This document shows, piece by piece, positions 19,702-30,346 of a DNA stretch of 64,000 nucleotides. Every line of letters starts with the position of its first letter. The first letter of the stretch is position 1. The notes beneath the pieces were generated by a model. It had not been told where the DNA came from and ran no database searches. It saw only the letters and a program-made list of their open reading frames with translations. The DNA comes from Longimicrobiales bacterium (GTDB lineage Bacteria; Gemmatimonadota; Gemmatimonadetes; Longimicrobiales; Gaopeijiaceae), in NCBI GenBank assembly GCA_965248195.1, contig CBDFIQ010000002.1:2080001-2144000 (forward strand), in the 5' to 3' direction. Both the position numbers and the translations under genes were made by a program.

Positions 19702-21978
19702 TCAGTCGAAATCGCGGCGAAGGCCGGCGTACCTGACCAGGAGCCGCTTCGTGCCGACGGTATCGAAGTGGACCGTGACCTTCAGATCCCGACCAAAGCC
19801 CGCCACTTCACCCACGGTCCCCGAACCAAAGGTGTCGTGCACAACCGCCTCACCCTTCACGAAGCGTGGCAGATCCTGGTTGAGTCCAGCGTCAAACACC
19901 AGATCGTCGTCACCCAACCCGAGGTCGATCGACTTGCCCCTATTCGGGCGGACGGCCCGGCCGCCCGAATACGCACCGCCTTCGCTCACGAGCGCAGTGG
20001 CGACCTTTTCGACGAGGTCCAGGGGGATCGCGTCGACGAACGGCGACAGCCGGCCAACCATCACTTCACCGGCACGCCGGCGGCGGCGGGAGTGGGTCAG
20101 GTAGAGCTTGTTTTGGGCGCGCGTGATTCCGACATAGAAGAGACGCCGCTCCTCCTCGAGCTCAGACGGATTATCGTAGGCACGGCCGAGGGGAAAGAGC
20201 CCGTCCTCGAGGCCGGAGATGAACACGACGGGAAACTCAAGGCCTTTGGCATTGTGTAGGGTCATCAACGTGACTGCGTCCGCATCCGGATCATGGCGGT
20301 CCACGTCGGCCACGAGTGCCACCTGTTGAAGAAATAGATCGAGCTCCGTGAAGTGATCCAACGTCTCGCCCTCGAGTTCCTCTTGCAGCTCCACATTGTA
20401 GTCCAGCGCACCGGCGATCAATTCGCGAGCGTTGTCCGCCCGATCCTCTCCCTCCGGGCCTTCGTCCGCAAGGTGCCGGAAAAGGTCCAGCTCATCCACG
20501 AGGCTCTCCAGCAACTCCCCGACCCGCATCTGGGACGCCAACCCGGAATGTCTCTGCACCAGGGCGGCGAAGGCGACAAGACCCCTTACACCTCCCTTGG
20601 GAATCTCGGGTGCCTCATCGGCCCGGGCAGCCGCTTCGAGAAGGCTGATCCCTTCGACGTCGGCCCAGGCCGAGAGCCGCTCCAGCGACGTATTGCCGAC
20701 GCCGCGTCTCGGGTAGTTGACGACCCTCTCGAAGGCGCCCGCATCCAACGGATTGGAGATGAGCCTCAGGTAGGCCAGAACGTCCTGGATCTCCCGGCGC
20801 TCATAGAACCGAACACCCCCCACGATCTGGTAGGGTAGACCGCGCCGCCGGAACACGTCCTCCAGTGCGCGTGACTGCGCATTCGTGCGATAGAGGACCG
20901 ACATCTCTCGGTACACCAGTCCCGGTCCCTCAGACACACGGGCCTCGATCTGGTCCGCGATCCAGCGGGCTTCGTCCGTCTCACTGGAAGTCGTCACCAA
21001 CGTGATTCGCTCGCCGCCCGTTCGATCCGTTCGAAGCGTCTTACCCTTACGGTCGACGTTCTCCGCGATGACGGCGTTCGCGGCGGAGAGGATCACCTCG
21101 GTGGAACGGTAGTTTTGCTCCAACCGGATCGTGTGGGCACCCGAGAACGCCGTCTCGAAATCGAGAATATTCCTGATGTCCGCGCCGCGCCATCCGTAAA
21201 TACTCTGGTCGTCATCCCCGACGACCATGAGGTTTCGGTGCTCGGACGCCAGAAGCTCCACGAAACGAAACTGGGCTCGGTTCGTATCCTGATACTCGTC
21301 CACGAGAAGGAAGTGGAAGCGGCTTCGATACATTGCCAGCAATTCAGCGTTGGACTCCAACAGCTCGACGGGCTTCACCAGCAGATCATCGAAATCGAAC
21401 GCGTTCTGCGTGCGGAGCGACATCTGGTATGCGGGATACACCTTGGCCACATTCTGGGCGAAGACGTCGAAGCCCTGGGCGTACTCTTCGACGAACTCCT
21501 CGGGGCCGATGAGTTGATTCTTGGCGCTGCTGAGATGGCCGCGAATCGCCTTGGGACTCCACCGTCGAGTGTCCAGACCCACGTCTTCCGTCGTCCTCTT
21601 GATCAGCCTGAGGCTTTGCTCGGCGTCGAAGATCGTAAAGGTGTTGCTCCACCCCAGTAGCGGCGCGTAGCGCCGCAGCATCCGGGCTCCGAGGGCATGG
21701 AAGGTGCCGGTCCACATCCCCTTCGGCGCCTCGCCCAGCAGGTTCGAGATGCGGTCTCGAAGTTCGCCCGCCGCCTTGTTCGTGAACGTAACGGCGAGGA
21801 TGCGATCGGGTGGGACGCCCCTTTCATGAATGAGGTGGGCGATTCGGGTGGTTAGGACCCGTGTTTTTCCCGATCCCGCCCCCGCTAAGACCAGCAGCGG
21901 ACCCTCGAAGTGGTCTACGGCTTCTCGCTGTTCACGGTTCAACTGCTCCAGATACGCATCGGATAGGGTGTTGGGCAT
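19702..21978 (-). CDS. pcrA: ATP-dependent DNA helicase PcrA/UvrD
   Basis: AGAGSGKT, TFTNKAA, VDEYQDTN, VGDDDQSIYGWRGA, LEQNYRST, TLHNAKGLEF, EERRLFYVGITRA. Confidence 0.95.
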   Translation of the reverse strand: MPNTLSDAYLEQLNREQREAVDHFEGPLLVLAGAGSGKTRVLTTRIAHLIHERGVPPDRILAVTFTNKAAGELRDRISNLLGEAPKGMWTGTFHALGARMLRRYAPLLGWSNTFTIFDAEQSLRLIKRTTEDVGLDTRRWSPKAIRGHLSSAKNQLIGPEEFVEEYAQGFDVFAQNVAKVYPAYQMSLRTQNAFDFDDLLVKPVELLESNAELLAMYRSRFHFLLVDEYQDTNRAQFRFVELLASEHRNLMVVGDDDQSIYGWRGADIRNILDFETAFSGAHTIRLEQNYRSTEVILSAANAVIAENVDRKGKTLRTDRTGGERITLVTTSSETDEARWIADQIEARVSEGPGLVYREMSVLYRTNAQSRALEDVFRRRGLPYQIVGGVRFYERREIQDVLAYLRLISNPLDAGAFERVVNYPRRGVGNTSLERLSAWADVEGISLLEAAARADEAPEIPKGGVRGLVAFAALVQRHSGLASQMRVGELLESLVDELDLFRHLADEGPEGEDRADNARELIAGALDYNVELQEELEGETLDHFTELDLFLQQVALVADVDRHDPDADAVTLMTLHNAKGLEFPVVFISGLEDGLFPLGRAYDNPSELEEERRLFYVGITRAQNKLYLTHSRRRRRAGEVMVGRLSPFVDAIPLDLVEKVATALVSEGGAYSGGRAVRPNRGKSIDLGLGDDDLVFDAGLNQDLPRFVKGEAVVHDTFGSGTVGEVAGFGRDLKVTVHFDTVGTKRLLVRYAGLRRDFD

Positions 21979-22037
21979 GACCGACCGTGATCGATTCCGT
22001 GGTGAGGGATGTGTCCTGGATCAGGCTCTGGTTACGC

Positions 22038-23255
22038 CTACGCCGTCGGGAGCCTGATTTCGAAAATGGCGCCCTCTCCCTCGGTGTTCAGGAGGAAGAT
22101 ATGCCCCTTGTGCGTCACTTCAATGATGCGACGTGACAGCGTGAGACCAACCCCCCAACCCCGGGCCTTCCCGGTCACACCGGGATCGAAGATCGTGTCA
22201 CGCACCTCCGGATCGACGCCCGGCCCCGTGTCCTGGATGCGAAGGTGAAGCCAACCGGACGGACCTCTTCTGACCTTGAGCCGGATCTCCCCCCCCCTTC
22301 CGGCCAACGCGTCGAGTGCGTTCTTCACCACGTTCTCGAGTGCCCACGAGAGTAGAACCTCACTCCCGAGGATCTCGGGCATGTCTTTCGGGACATCCAC
22401 GACCAGGAGAACGCCCGACGCGAGCCGTGGGAGACGGGCTTGCAGGTACTGCTCCAGGTCTCGAACGACCTCCCGGATGTCGAGGGTCTCGAGGTCCGGG
22501 TCTCGACCTATGAGCTCGAACCGGTGGCTTATCCGTTCGAGACGCACCAAGTCCTCTTCCACTCCCGCGTTGACCGCATCGCCCTCCAACCCCTCGGGCC
22601 TCTCCTCTGCTGGAAGACTCATGAGTTCCAGCCAACCCTGTAAGGAGGAGATTGGCGTACCGAGCTGGTGCGCCAGCTCTCTGGCCATTGCAGTCCAGGC
22701 CTTGTCCTGCTCCGCCCTCCGCTGATACCGGATGACCAGGAACCCGATGAGCGCCGTGAGCATCAGCCCACTGGCTTGAAGCCAAGGGATCCAACGGAGG
22801 CGCGAAAGTTGCGGCGTGTCCCCGAAGTAGAGCAGGTCCCCCGCAGCCCCCCTCATTGGCTCGCGGCCCTCTGCTTCGAGCCCGCGCACGAGCGCCTTCA
22901 CCAGCTCCTGCCCCTGGGGCGTGAAAATGTCGGTATCGAACGGCAGGTTCTCCACGGATAGGACGCTGTCCGCCGGGCTGATCCAGATCATCGGAATTCC
23001 CGATCGAATGATCACCTCTTGAAGCTCGAAGAGCGGGTTCTCGAACCCACGCACATTTCGCAGGCGTCCACCAGCGTCCGACGTCTCCGACCCGCCCGTG
23101 TCCTGAATGAGCTCCTGCACGATGCTGAAAACCTCACTCGTCAGTGCTTGGTTCTCGTTGAGTCCAACCAGGAGCGATTGGGTGTAGATCAGGTACCACC
23201 CGAAGAGGACCAGGAAAAGCGTGGCCAGTGCGACGGGCCACCTGATGCGGATCAT
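22038..23255 (-). CDS. Membrane sensor histidine kinase
   Basis: Two TM segments; H-box ELAHQLGTPISSL; ENVVKNA, DTGPG, GWGVGL boxes. Confidence 0.92.
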   Translation of the reverse strand: MIRIRWPVALATLFLVLFGWYLIYTQSLLVGLNENQALTSEVFSIVQELIQDTGGSETSDAGGRLRNVRGFENPLFELQEVIIRSGIPMIWISPADSVLSVENLPFDTDIFTPQGQELVKALVRGLEAEGREPMRGAAGDLLYFGDTPQLSRLRWIPWLQASGLMLTALIGFLVIRYQRRAEQDKAWTAMARELAHQLGTPISSLQGWLELMSLPAEERPEGLEGDAVNAGVEEDLVRLERISHRFELIGRDPDLETLDIREVVRDLEQYLQARLPRLASGVLLVVDVPKDMPEILGSEVLLSWALENVVKNALDALAGRGGEIRLKVRRGPSGWLHLRIQDTGPGVDPEVRDTIFDPGVTGKARGWGVGLTLSRRIIEVTHKGHIFLLNTEGEGAIFEIRLPTA

Positions 23256-23273
23256 GGCGTCACCGCTTTCACA

Positions 23274-24590
23274 TTACTCAGCGATGGGATGCTTCGGCTC
23301 GATGACTGCTACGCCAAGCCGCTCTCGAAGCGTTTCCGGCACCTGCACAGTGCCGTCGGCCTTTTGGTAGTTCTCTATCAACGCCACGATGAGCCGAGGA
23401 AGGGCAAGGGCCGATCCGTTGAGGGTGTGCACGAAGCGAGGCTTTTCGCCGCCCGAGGGACGGTAACGGAGGTTGGCCCTCCGCGCCTGGAAGTCGCCGC
23501 ACACGCTACAGCTCGATACCTCGAGCCACTGCCCGACACCCGGCGCCCAAACCTCGATGTCGTAGGTCATCTCGGCGGAGAACCCGAGGTCTCCGGCCGC
23601 GAGTTTCAGAACCCGATAGTGCAGACCCAATTTATCGAGAATGTTTTCCGCTTCTCCCGTGAGCTCCTCCAGCGCATCCCTACTGCGTTCGGGAGTTTCA
23701 TAACGCACCAACTCCACCTTGTCGAACTGATGCACTCGCAGCAGTCCTCGGGTGTCGGCACCGGCCGCGCCGGCTTCACGACGAAAGCAGGGGCTGTAAG
23801 CCACATAACGAACGGGCAGATCATCGACGGACAAAATCTCATCCCGATGAAGGTTGGTGACCGGTACCTCAGCGGTCGGGATCAGCCAAAGGTCGTCGCG
23901 TTCGGTCTGGTACGACTCATCCGTAAATTTGGGAAGCTGGCCCGTCCCCGAAAGTGTATCCCGCGTCACCAGGTACGGCACCCGCAACTCGGTGTACCCA
24001 TGCCACCCCTTATCTTCGAGGAGGCCCTGCGTGTGAAGATCGAGCATGAACTCGATGAGACATCGCTGGAGTCTGGCGCCCATGCCCGCGAGGACCGGGA
24101 AGCCCGAACCAGAGATCTTTGAGCCTCTTTCGAGGTCCAGGAGCCCGAGGCTCGATCCCAAGTCCCAATGTGGCTTGGGCTCGAAGTCGAACTCAGGAGG
24201 TGAGCCAACCACGCGCACGATTTCGTTCTGCTCGACACCTCCGGAAGGCACCTCATCGAGGGGGAGATTCGGGGTCAGCAGCATCAACTCCCGAATTCGC
24301 TCCTCGGCGTGTGCGACCTCCTCATCGATCTCAGAAATCCGTGCGCCTACTTCCCGCATCTCGACGATCATCTGGTCGGCTTCGCCGCCGTCGCGCTTGA
24401 TCCGACCGACCTCTTTGGAGACTTCGTTGCGCTGAGCTTTGAGATCGTTCACCTCGCTGAGCGCCAACCGGCGGCGTCCGTCCAACACCAGGATCTCGTC
24501 GAGGGAGTCCACGAGGCCCTCCGTCGCCCTCCGCTCAACGGCGGATCTTACAGTGTCGGGTTCGCTTCGGAGCCGCCGAATGTCGAGCAC
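23274..24590 (-). CDS. serS: Serine--tRNA ligase
   Basis: LIPTAEVP, FRREAG, RVHQFDKVE, EVSSCS, HTLNGSALA; GTG start at VLDIRRLR. Confidence 0.97.
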   Translation of the reverse strand: MLDIRRLRSEPDTVRSAVERRATEGLVDSLDEILVLDGRRRLALSEVNDLKAQRNEVSKEVGRIKRDGGEADQMIVEMREVGARISEIDEEVAHAEERIRELMLLTPNLPLDEVPSGGVEQNEIVRVVGSPPEFDFEPKPHWDLGSSLGLLDLERGSKISGSGFPVLAGMGARLQRCLIEFMLDLHTQGLLEDKGWHGYTELRVPYLVTRDTLSGTGQLPKFTDESYQTERDDLWLIPTAEVPVTNLHRDEILSVDDLPVRYVAYSPCFRREAGAAGADTRGLLRVHQFDKVELVRYETPERSRDALEELTGEAENILDKLGLHYRVLKLAAGDLGFSAEMTYDIEVWAPGVGQWLEVSSCSVCGDFQARRANLRYRPSGGEKPRFVHTLNGSALALPRLIVALIENYQKADGTVQVPETLRERLGVAVIEPKHPIAE

Positions 24591-24591
24591 G

Positions 24592-25179
24592 TCACCCGTC
24601 TTCGGGGATAAGCCCACGATCGTCGCAAAGCCTGCTCACATCGTAGACGAATCGTACGGTTCCAAGGGCAGGCTCGACTTCCAGTGGCTGGAGTTTCCCG
24701 AAGAAGCGGCATGGAAGCCCAAATCGGTCGCGGCCCTGATGGGTCCTCACCACATACACGCTGGTTGTCTCAACAGGAAGGGGAAGGTTCACCGAATACA
24801 GAGTGGTATCTTTCGGCGCCCGGATCACGTCGTCAAAGGCCATACCCGGGAGCGACAAGACTCTCGCTTCGCTGGTGATGCCAAGGGCACCCGGCGGAAG
24901 AAACACCAATTGGCCGTCTTGTGTATCGAGGAGCAAGTCCCATGCACCGGTCGCCCCGGCCGCTTGGATCTCAACCGCGAGCCGGTTCACGAAGTCGAAC
25001 CCGGAGGGAAGATTGAGCTCCGGACGAGCCAGCGAATAGATGAGGACCGTATCGACCCTCGCCACAGTCCATTTCTGCTCGAAAATGTTCTCTCCGCAAC
25101 CGTTCAAACCCAGGACTGAAGCGAAAAAAAACACCAACAGGTGGAGCGGCCGGGATCTGGATGGGAAAGGTCTGTTCAC
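24592..25179 (-). CDS. Hypothetical lipoprotein
   Basis: Signal peptide ending in lipobox-like LNGC; stop directly abuts the serS start. Confidence 0.65.
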   Translation of the reverse strand: MNRPFPSRSRPLHLLVFFFASVLGLNGCGENIFEQKWTVARVDTVLIYSLARPELNLPSGFDFVNRLAVEIQAAGATGAWDLLLDTQDGQLVFLPPGALGITSEARVLSLPGMAFDDVIRAPKDTTLYSVNLPLPVETTSVYVVRTHQGRDRFGLPCRFFGKLQPLEVEPALGTVRFVYDVSRLCDDRGLIPEDG

Positions 25180-25222
25180 TGGGACGAGTCAGGAGACGAT
25201 TCAGGGCTGCCCGAAGGCACCA

Positions 25223-25303
25223 AGGCTACGCGAATCAAGGGGGCGCTGTCAACGCTCCAAGCGTTGAAGTTCCTTGACTTCTACACCATTTGCCGGGTAG
25301 GTT
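25223..25303. promoter_or_regulatory. Pair of divergent putative sigma70 promoters
   Basis: Minus: TTGACA(25252-25247)-18-TAGCCT; plus: TTGACT(25274)-18-TAGGTT. Confidence 0.45.
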
Positions 25304-25341
25304 CCCGCGCCGACATCGCTCCAAAAAGGGGCCGAAATTTC

Positions 25342-25743
25342 ATGCAACCAGCGGCGCAACGCTCCACAACACGTGGGCGCATTCTGATCGCCGACGACGA
25401 GCCTCATATCCGCCGTATCCTGCAGACCCTACTTGAGATGGCCGGGTTCGAGGTCGACCTCAGGCTCGATGGTACCGATGCGCTCGAAGCTGTCCAAGGG
25501 GGTGATCATTACGATCTGATCCTTCTGGATATCATGATGCCCGGAGCCACCGGCCTGGAGGTCCTCGGAAAGATCCGTGGCATGGAGGCAAGAAAATCTA
25601 CTCCAGTCGTGATTCTCACCGCCAAAGGCCAAGACGCGGACCGGCAAGCCGCTTTCTCTTTAGGGGCGGACGACTTTCTCACCAAGCCCTTCAGCCCAAA
25701 GAAGCTCCTTGCCAGAATCCACCAGATCATCGAAGGGGACTGA
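25342..25743 (+). CDS. Single-domain response regulator (receiver)
   Basis: ILIADDE, DLILLDIMMP, LTAKG, DFLTKPFS. Confidence 0.92.
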   Translation: MQPAAQRSTTRGRILIADDEPHIRRILQTLLEMAGFEVDLRLDGTDALEAVQGGDHYDLILLDIMMPGATGLEVLGKIRGMEARKSTPVVILTAKGQDADRQAAFSLGADDFLTKPFSPKKLLARIHQIIEGD

Positions 25744-26806
25744 TCCTCACGTCTACGTCACGATCCTCGCTGGCGGGATCGGCAGTCGTTTTTGGCCAGC
25801 AAGTACACCCGGCCGGCCAAAGCAGCTACTTCCCCTCGCCTCCGATGAGCCTCTGATCGTCGATACCATAAACCGGGCTCTCGGTCTCGTGCCGGAAGAG
25901 CGGATCCGCATTCTCGCACCGGATCGCCTCAGGGAGCCGATCCTGGCGGTCCTTCCCAACCTCGGCCATGAAGCATTCATGGTCGAGCCGCAGGCGCGGG
26001 GCACCGGCCCGGTGCTGGCCTGGGCAGCATGGGAGATCGCAAAGATCGACCCGGCGGCGGTGATCGTTTCACTCCACGCTGACCATATCATCGAACCCAA
26101 GGCCGCCTTCCTGCAGCTCTTGCGTGACGCCGCCGGCCTGGCGCAAAAGACCGACCGTCTGTTCACGGTTTCGGTCCTTCCGAGCCGCCCCGAGACGGGT
26201 TACGGATACATCGAGCCCGGTGAGCCACTCGTTGCGCCCGCGGGCGTTCGGGCGTTCGAGGTCGGTGCGTTCCATGAGAAACCGGACCTCGAGACGGCAC
26301 GCCGCTACATCGACGAGGGGCACCTTTGGAACAGCGGCATTTTCGTGTGGACCGCCTCGACGTTTTTGAGTGAAGTAAAGATGGTGGCACCCGAGATCGG
26401 TGATCTTCTTCCGCTCGTCGATGAATCCCCTGAAGCGTTTTTCGCCCAGGTGCCCAACCTCACGGTCGACGTAGCGGTGCTGGAGCGGAGCGCGAGCGTG
26501 GCGTCCGTCACGGCCACATTCGCATGGGACGACGTGGGTAGCTGGGAGGGCCTTACCCGAAGCCGCCAAGCCGATCCCAACGGGAACGTGATCTTGGGTT
26601 CCGGTCACATCGTGGACGGGAAGGGAAACGTCATCTATGCGGAGGGTGGCACGGTCACGACATTCGGCGTGGACGATCTGGTGGTCGTGCAGTGCGGCGA
26701 AATCACTCTGGTCACTACCACAGAGCGGGCACCTGGCCTGAAACGCTTTCTCGCACAACTCCCCGCCTCGGTGCGTGAGCCGACAACCCCGGGGGGAAAC
26801 GCCTGA
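25709..26806 (+). CDS. manC: Mannose-1-phosphate guanylyltransferase
   Basis: ILAGGIGSRFWP, PKQLL, ADHII, PETGYGYI, FHEKP, WNSGIF, WDDVGSW; start uncertain. Confidence 0.9.
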   Translation: MPESTRSSKGTDPHVYVTILAGGIGSRFWPASTPGRPKQLLPLASDEPLIVDTINRALGLVPEERIRILAPDRLREPILAVLPNLGHEAFMVEPQARGTGPVLAWAAWEIAKIDPAAVIVSLHADHIIEPKAAFLQLLRDAAGLAQKTDRLFTVSVLPSRPETGYGYIEPGEPLVAPAGVRAFEVGAFHEKPDLETARRYIDEGHLWNSGIFVWTASTFLSEVKMVAPEIGDLLPLVDESPEAFFAQVPNLTVDVAVLERSASVASVTATFAWDDVGSWEGLTRSRQADPNGNVILGSGHIVDGKGNVIYAEGGTVTTFGVDDLVVVQCGEITLVTTTERAPGLKRFLAQLPASVREPTTPGGNA

Positions 26807-28035
26807 TGGCACTCATCTTGTTCGACGATGAACGGGCCCGGGCCTGGACTCCCTTTAGCGTGACGCGGCCAGCCGGAGAGTTGTTGTTCGGATGTCTGAC
26901 GCTCCGTGAGCGCGCGGAACGCTTCTGGGGAGAGCCCTGCGTCGGACACGTCACGGATCCGGGCCTCGAAGGATTTGCGGAACCCGGAGCCGCGGCAGTC
27001 CTCGACCCCGCCGCACCAGACCCTGCGCCCGGACCCGGGGAGGAGACGACACGGATTCTCTTCTCGAGCCGGGCGGTCCCGGATTTCGTCCCCGCCCCTC
27101 CCGCCCACGAGCCGGCGGTCCTCACCGTGCAAGGCCAGATCGTCGGCTGGGTTCTTCCGCCCGGGAAAGACTCTCCGGAAGAGAGCGATCTATTGAACCC
27201 GGACGGCTTCGACATGGGTCTTCCGCAAATCGAGATCCCGGGCCGAGTCCTGTCGAACATCTGGGATCTGGTGGCTGGAAATGGGGAACAGGTGTGCTCC
27301 GACGTGACCGTTCTCTTTCCTGAGAGCCGGTTCAGCTTGCCGGAGGGCGTTCACGTCTCCGGCGCCGAACGAGTGTCGCTGGGAGAGAAGGTCCATCTGG
27401 AAGCGGGCGTTCATTTGGACGCCGCCGATGGGCCTATCCGATTATCGGACGGCGCTCACGTCTCCGCCTTCACGCGCTTGGCAGGGCCCGCCTTTATCGG
27501 TCCCGACACGCACGTCCTCGGTGGATCAATCGGAAACGTCACCATCGGACCCGCCTGTCGCGTCAGGGGCGAGGTCTCCAGCACAGTCTTCCTGGGCTAC
27601 GTCAACAAGGCTCACGAAGGATACCTCGGCCACGCTTACCTCGGCAGATGGGTGAACCTCGGCGCGCTCACGACGAACAGCGACCTCAAGAACAACTATG
27701 GCAATGTACGGGTCCACATGGCGGAAGGGCTCGTTGATACTGGACTCATCAAGGTTGGATGTTTCTTGGGCGATCACGTGAAGACCGGCATCGGCACTTT
27801 GCTGCCGACCGGCTGTGTCGTGGGTGCCGGTAGCAACCTCTTCGGTGGCCTCATGGCTCCGCCGCATGTCCCGCCATTCAGTTGGGGTTCGGGAGACCGT
27901 CTCGAGGAGTACGATATCGGGCGCTTCCTGGACACGGCTGGACTCGCCATGTCTCGTAGGGAGATGTCACTTGAGAAGGGCAGCCGGAGACTTCTTCAAC
28001 GGGCGTGGGACCGGACACGTCCGGAGCGCGAATGA
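26806..28035 (+). CDS. Putative sugar nucleotidyl/acetyltransferase (GlmU-like left-handed beta-helix)
   Basis: PFSVTRPAGELLFG, hexapeptide region, NKAHEGYLGHAYLGRWVNLGA, NSDLKNNY, GDHVKTGI. Confidence 0.8.
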   Translation: MALILFDDERARAWTPFSVTRPAGELLFGCLTLRERAERFWGEPCVGHVTDPGLEGFAEPGAAAVLDPAAPDPAPGPGEETTRILFSSRAVPDFVPAPPAHEPAVLTVQGQIVGWVLPPGKDSPEESDLLNPDGFDMGLPQIEIPGRVLSNIWDLVAGNGEQVCSDVTVLFPESRFSLPEGVHVSGAERVSLGEKVHLEAGVHLDAADGPIRLSDGAHVSAFTRLAGPAFIGPDTHVLGGSIGNVTIGPACRVRGEVSSTVFLGYVNKAHEGYLGHAYLGRWVNLGALTTNSDLKNNYGNVRVHMAEGLVDTGLIKVGCFLGDHVKTGIGTLLPTGCVVGAGSNLFGGLMAPPHVPPFSWGSGDRLEEYDIGRFLDTAGLAMSRREMSLEKGSRRLLQRAWDRTRPERE

Positions 28036-28081
28036 CCGGGCGGGCGGGAGTGGCTTTCGAACTCGCGGGACACCCCCCCCG

Positions 28082-28903
28082 GTGAAGGTCTGCGTGCTCG
28101 GAACTGGCAGCGCTGGCAACGCTACGCTCGTCGAGGCGGGTGGGACGAGAATTCTGGTCGACGCCGGCTTCAGCGGCCGGAAGCTGGAGGGGAGGCTTCG
28201 TGAGATCGGCCTGACCCCTGAATCGGTCCACGCCATCGTTATCACGCACGATCATCACGACCACACCCATGGAGCCGGAATTTTCAGCCGCCGTCATGGC
28301 ACGCCGGTCTACATCACGGACCGGACACGTGCGGCATGCTCCGGCATCTTCCACGGCACCGAGCCCCTGAGGCCCTATCAGTCGGGCCGGATATTCCAAA
28401 TCGGCGCGATCCGCGTCGAGCCCTTCTTGACCGTGCACGATGCAGCGGATCCAGTTGCCGTGGCCTTAGTGGACCGACAAACCGGGACACGGGTGGGGAT
28501 CGCGACAGACCTAGGGCGGCCCAATGCTCAGATCCGGCTCGCGCTCGAAAACAGCGATTTCTTGATCCTTGAGTCCAACCACGACGAGGAGCTCCTTCGC
28601 ACGGGCCGGTATCCAGCATCGGTGCAGCAGAGAATCGCCTCGAGCCACGGGCACCTGTCGAATCACGCGGCGGCCCGCTTCGCCTGTGAGCTTCTCCACC
28701 CACGCCTTGCGGGGGTTCTGCTGGCGCACCTTTCTCAGGAATGCAACCGTCCGGAGCTGGCCTCGGCCGTGGTCGGGGAGGCGTTGCGCGGGGCCGGATT
28801 CCAGGGATTCTTGGAAGTCGCCCTCCAGGATCAGCCCACCGACTTCATCGACATCGAGGAATTGAGACGGCGGACCGGCCCCGCACAATTCAGCCTTCTC
28901 TGA
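28082..28903 (+). CDS. MBL-fold metallohydrolase (YycJ/WalJ-like)
   Basis: LGTGSAGN, LVDAG, THDHHDH, HDA, TDLG, ESNHD, GHLSN, AHLSQECN. Confidence 0.9.
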   Translation: MKVCVLGTGSAGNATLVEAGGTRILVDAGFSGRKLEGRLREIGLTPESVHAIVITHDHHDHTHGAGIFSRRHGTPVYITDRTRAACSGIFHGTEPLRPYQSGRIFQIGAIRVEPFLTVHDAADPVAVALVDRQTGTRVGIATDLGRPNAQIRLALENSDFLILESNHDEELLRTGRYPASVQQRIASSHGHLSNHAAARFACELLHPRLAGVLLAHLSQECNRPELASAVVGEALRGAGFQGFLEVALQDQPTDFIDIEELRRRTGPAQFSLL

Positions 28904-28915
28904 AGCTCTGGGCCT

Positions 28916-30301
28916 CTAAATCCCGAACAGCCTCAGGATGTCGTTGGACAGGGCCCAGAGCATGATCCCCATGATGATCAGGAATCCAAAGTGACTCCAT
29001 CTCAGCCTCTGCTCGACCGAAAGCGCCTTGCCACGTACGGCCTCGATGCCGAGGAACACGAGGTGGCCACCGTCCAGAATCGGAATGGGAAGCAAGTTGA
29101 GAACCGCCAGATTCACCGAAAACAGAGCCATGAAACGCAAGAAGGTTTCCATCCCGCGCTGTGCGGCCTGTCCGGAGGCGGCGCCGATGGTGACGATGCT
29201 GCCCACCGACCGTGGTGAAACTCCGCCCGTCACCAGGTCGCCAAGAAATCCCAGGATCAACGCGCTGATGCCCACTGTCTCGGCGTAGCCAAGCTGCACG
29301 GCTTGGATGAGCGAGACGTCCCGATGCGCCAACTCTCCAAGTGGGGGAAAGATCCCGACCTTTCCCACACGGACGCGCTCCCCCGTCACCGGATGGTCCT
29401 CCATGGTGGCTTCCGGCGTCACGACCCTGGTGAGGGACCGACCGCCTCGCTCTAGGGAAAGCTCCGTCCGGACGCCCGGGCGAGCTTCGACGACATCCAC
29501 GAAGTCGTACCAGTTGGTCATCGGCACGCCACCCGCCACCAGGACCCGATCCCCGGCCTCGAGCCCGCCACGCTCCGCGGGCGACCCCGGGTTCACGGCG
29601 CCGACTTCCGCATCGATCCAGGGCGCAAGGCCTCGCAGAATCTGGGCCCTCGCCTGCGGATCCGAGGGGATGTCGATCTCGACCACCTCCCCGCCCGGTT
29701 CACTCGTGACGATCGTAAGGGGCCCCGCCGGCGCCTCTAAGAAGCCATCCCGCACATCGCCCCAATGGTCCACCTGACGGTCTCCGACAGAGATCAGCCG
29801 AGTTCCGGGAAGCAACTCGGCCAGCGCTTCCGCGCCGGGTGGAAGCAACTCCGCCCGAACCCGACCCAAGCGATCCTCGGCAAGCTCCTGAAGCCCCCAG
29901 GCGGCGTTCACGCCCGTATACACGGCGAACGCGAACAGCATGTTCATGATCACGCCGGCGGAAATCACGAACGTCCTGGCCCATATGGGCTTGCCGTCGA
30001 AGTCGCTCGCCCTGGGCTGGCGAGGCTTATCGACCGCCCCTCCCTCGGCCCCCTCCTCGGCCCCCCCCTCGAGCCGCTCCATCACCTCGTCGTCCATTCC
30101 ACCCATCTTCACGTATCCGCCAAGCGGCACCCAGCTTATCACATACTCGGTTTCGCCCCTCTGGAAGCCGAAAATCGTCGGCCCCAACCCGATCGAGAAG
30201 CGCTGCACCTCGATGCCCACGGACTTCGCCGCGAGGAAGTGGCCGAGTTCATGGACGAAAATGAGGACGCCAAGTACGACGATGGTCGCAAGAATCGTCA
30301 T
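28916..30301 (-). CDS. rseP: RIP metalloprotease RseP
   Basis: HELGH, PLGGYVKM, PDZ regions, NLLPIPILDGGH. Confidence 0.95.
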   Translation of the reverse strand: MTILATIVVLGVLIFVHELGHFLAAKSVGIEVQRFSIGLGPTIFGFQRGETEYVISWVPLGGYVKMGGMDDEVMERLEGGAEEGAEGGAVDKPRQPRASDFDGKPIWARTFVISAGVIMNMLFAFAVYTGVNAAWGLQELAEDRLGRVRAELLPPGAEALAELLPGTRLISVGDRQVDHWGDVRDGFLEAPAGPLTIVTSEPGGEVVEIDIPSDPQARAQILRGLAPWIDAEVGAVNPGSPAERGGLEAGDRVLVAGGVPMTNWYDFVDVVEARPGVRTELSLERGGRSLTRVVTPEATMEDHPVTGERVRVGKVGIFPPLGELAHRDVSLIQAVQLGYAETVGISALILGFLGDLVTGGVSPRSVGSIVTIGAASGQAAQRGMETFLRFMALFSVNLAVLNLLPIPILDGGHLVFLGIEAVRGKALSVEQRLRWSHFGFLIIMGIMLWALSNDILRLFGI

Positions 30302-30346
30302 TCGGTCTCCAATATCCTTCTCAATGGCCTTCCTTCATATCCATTC

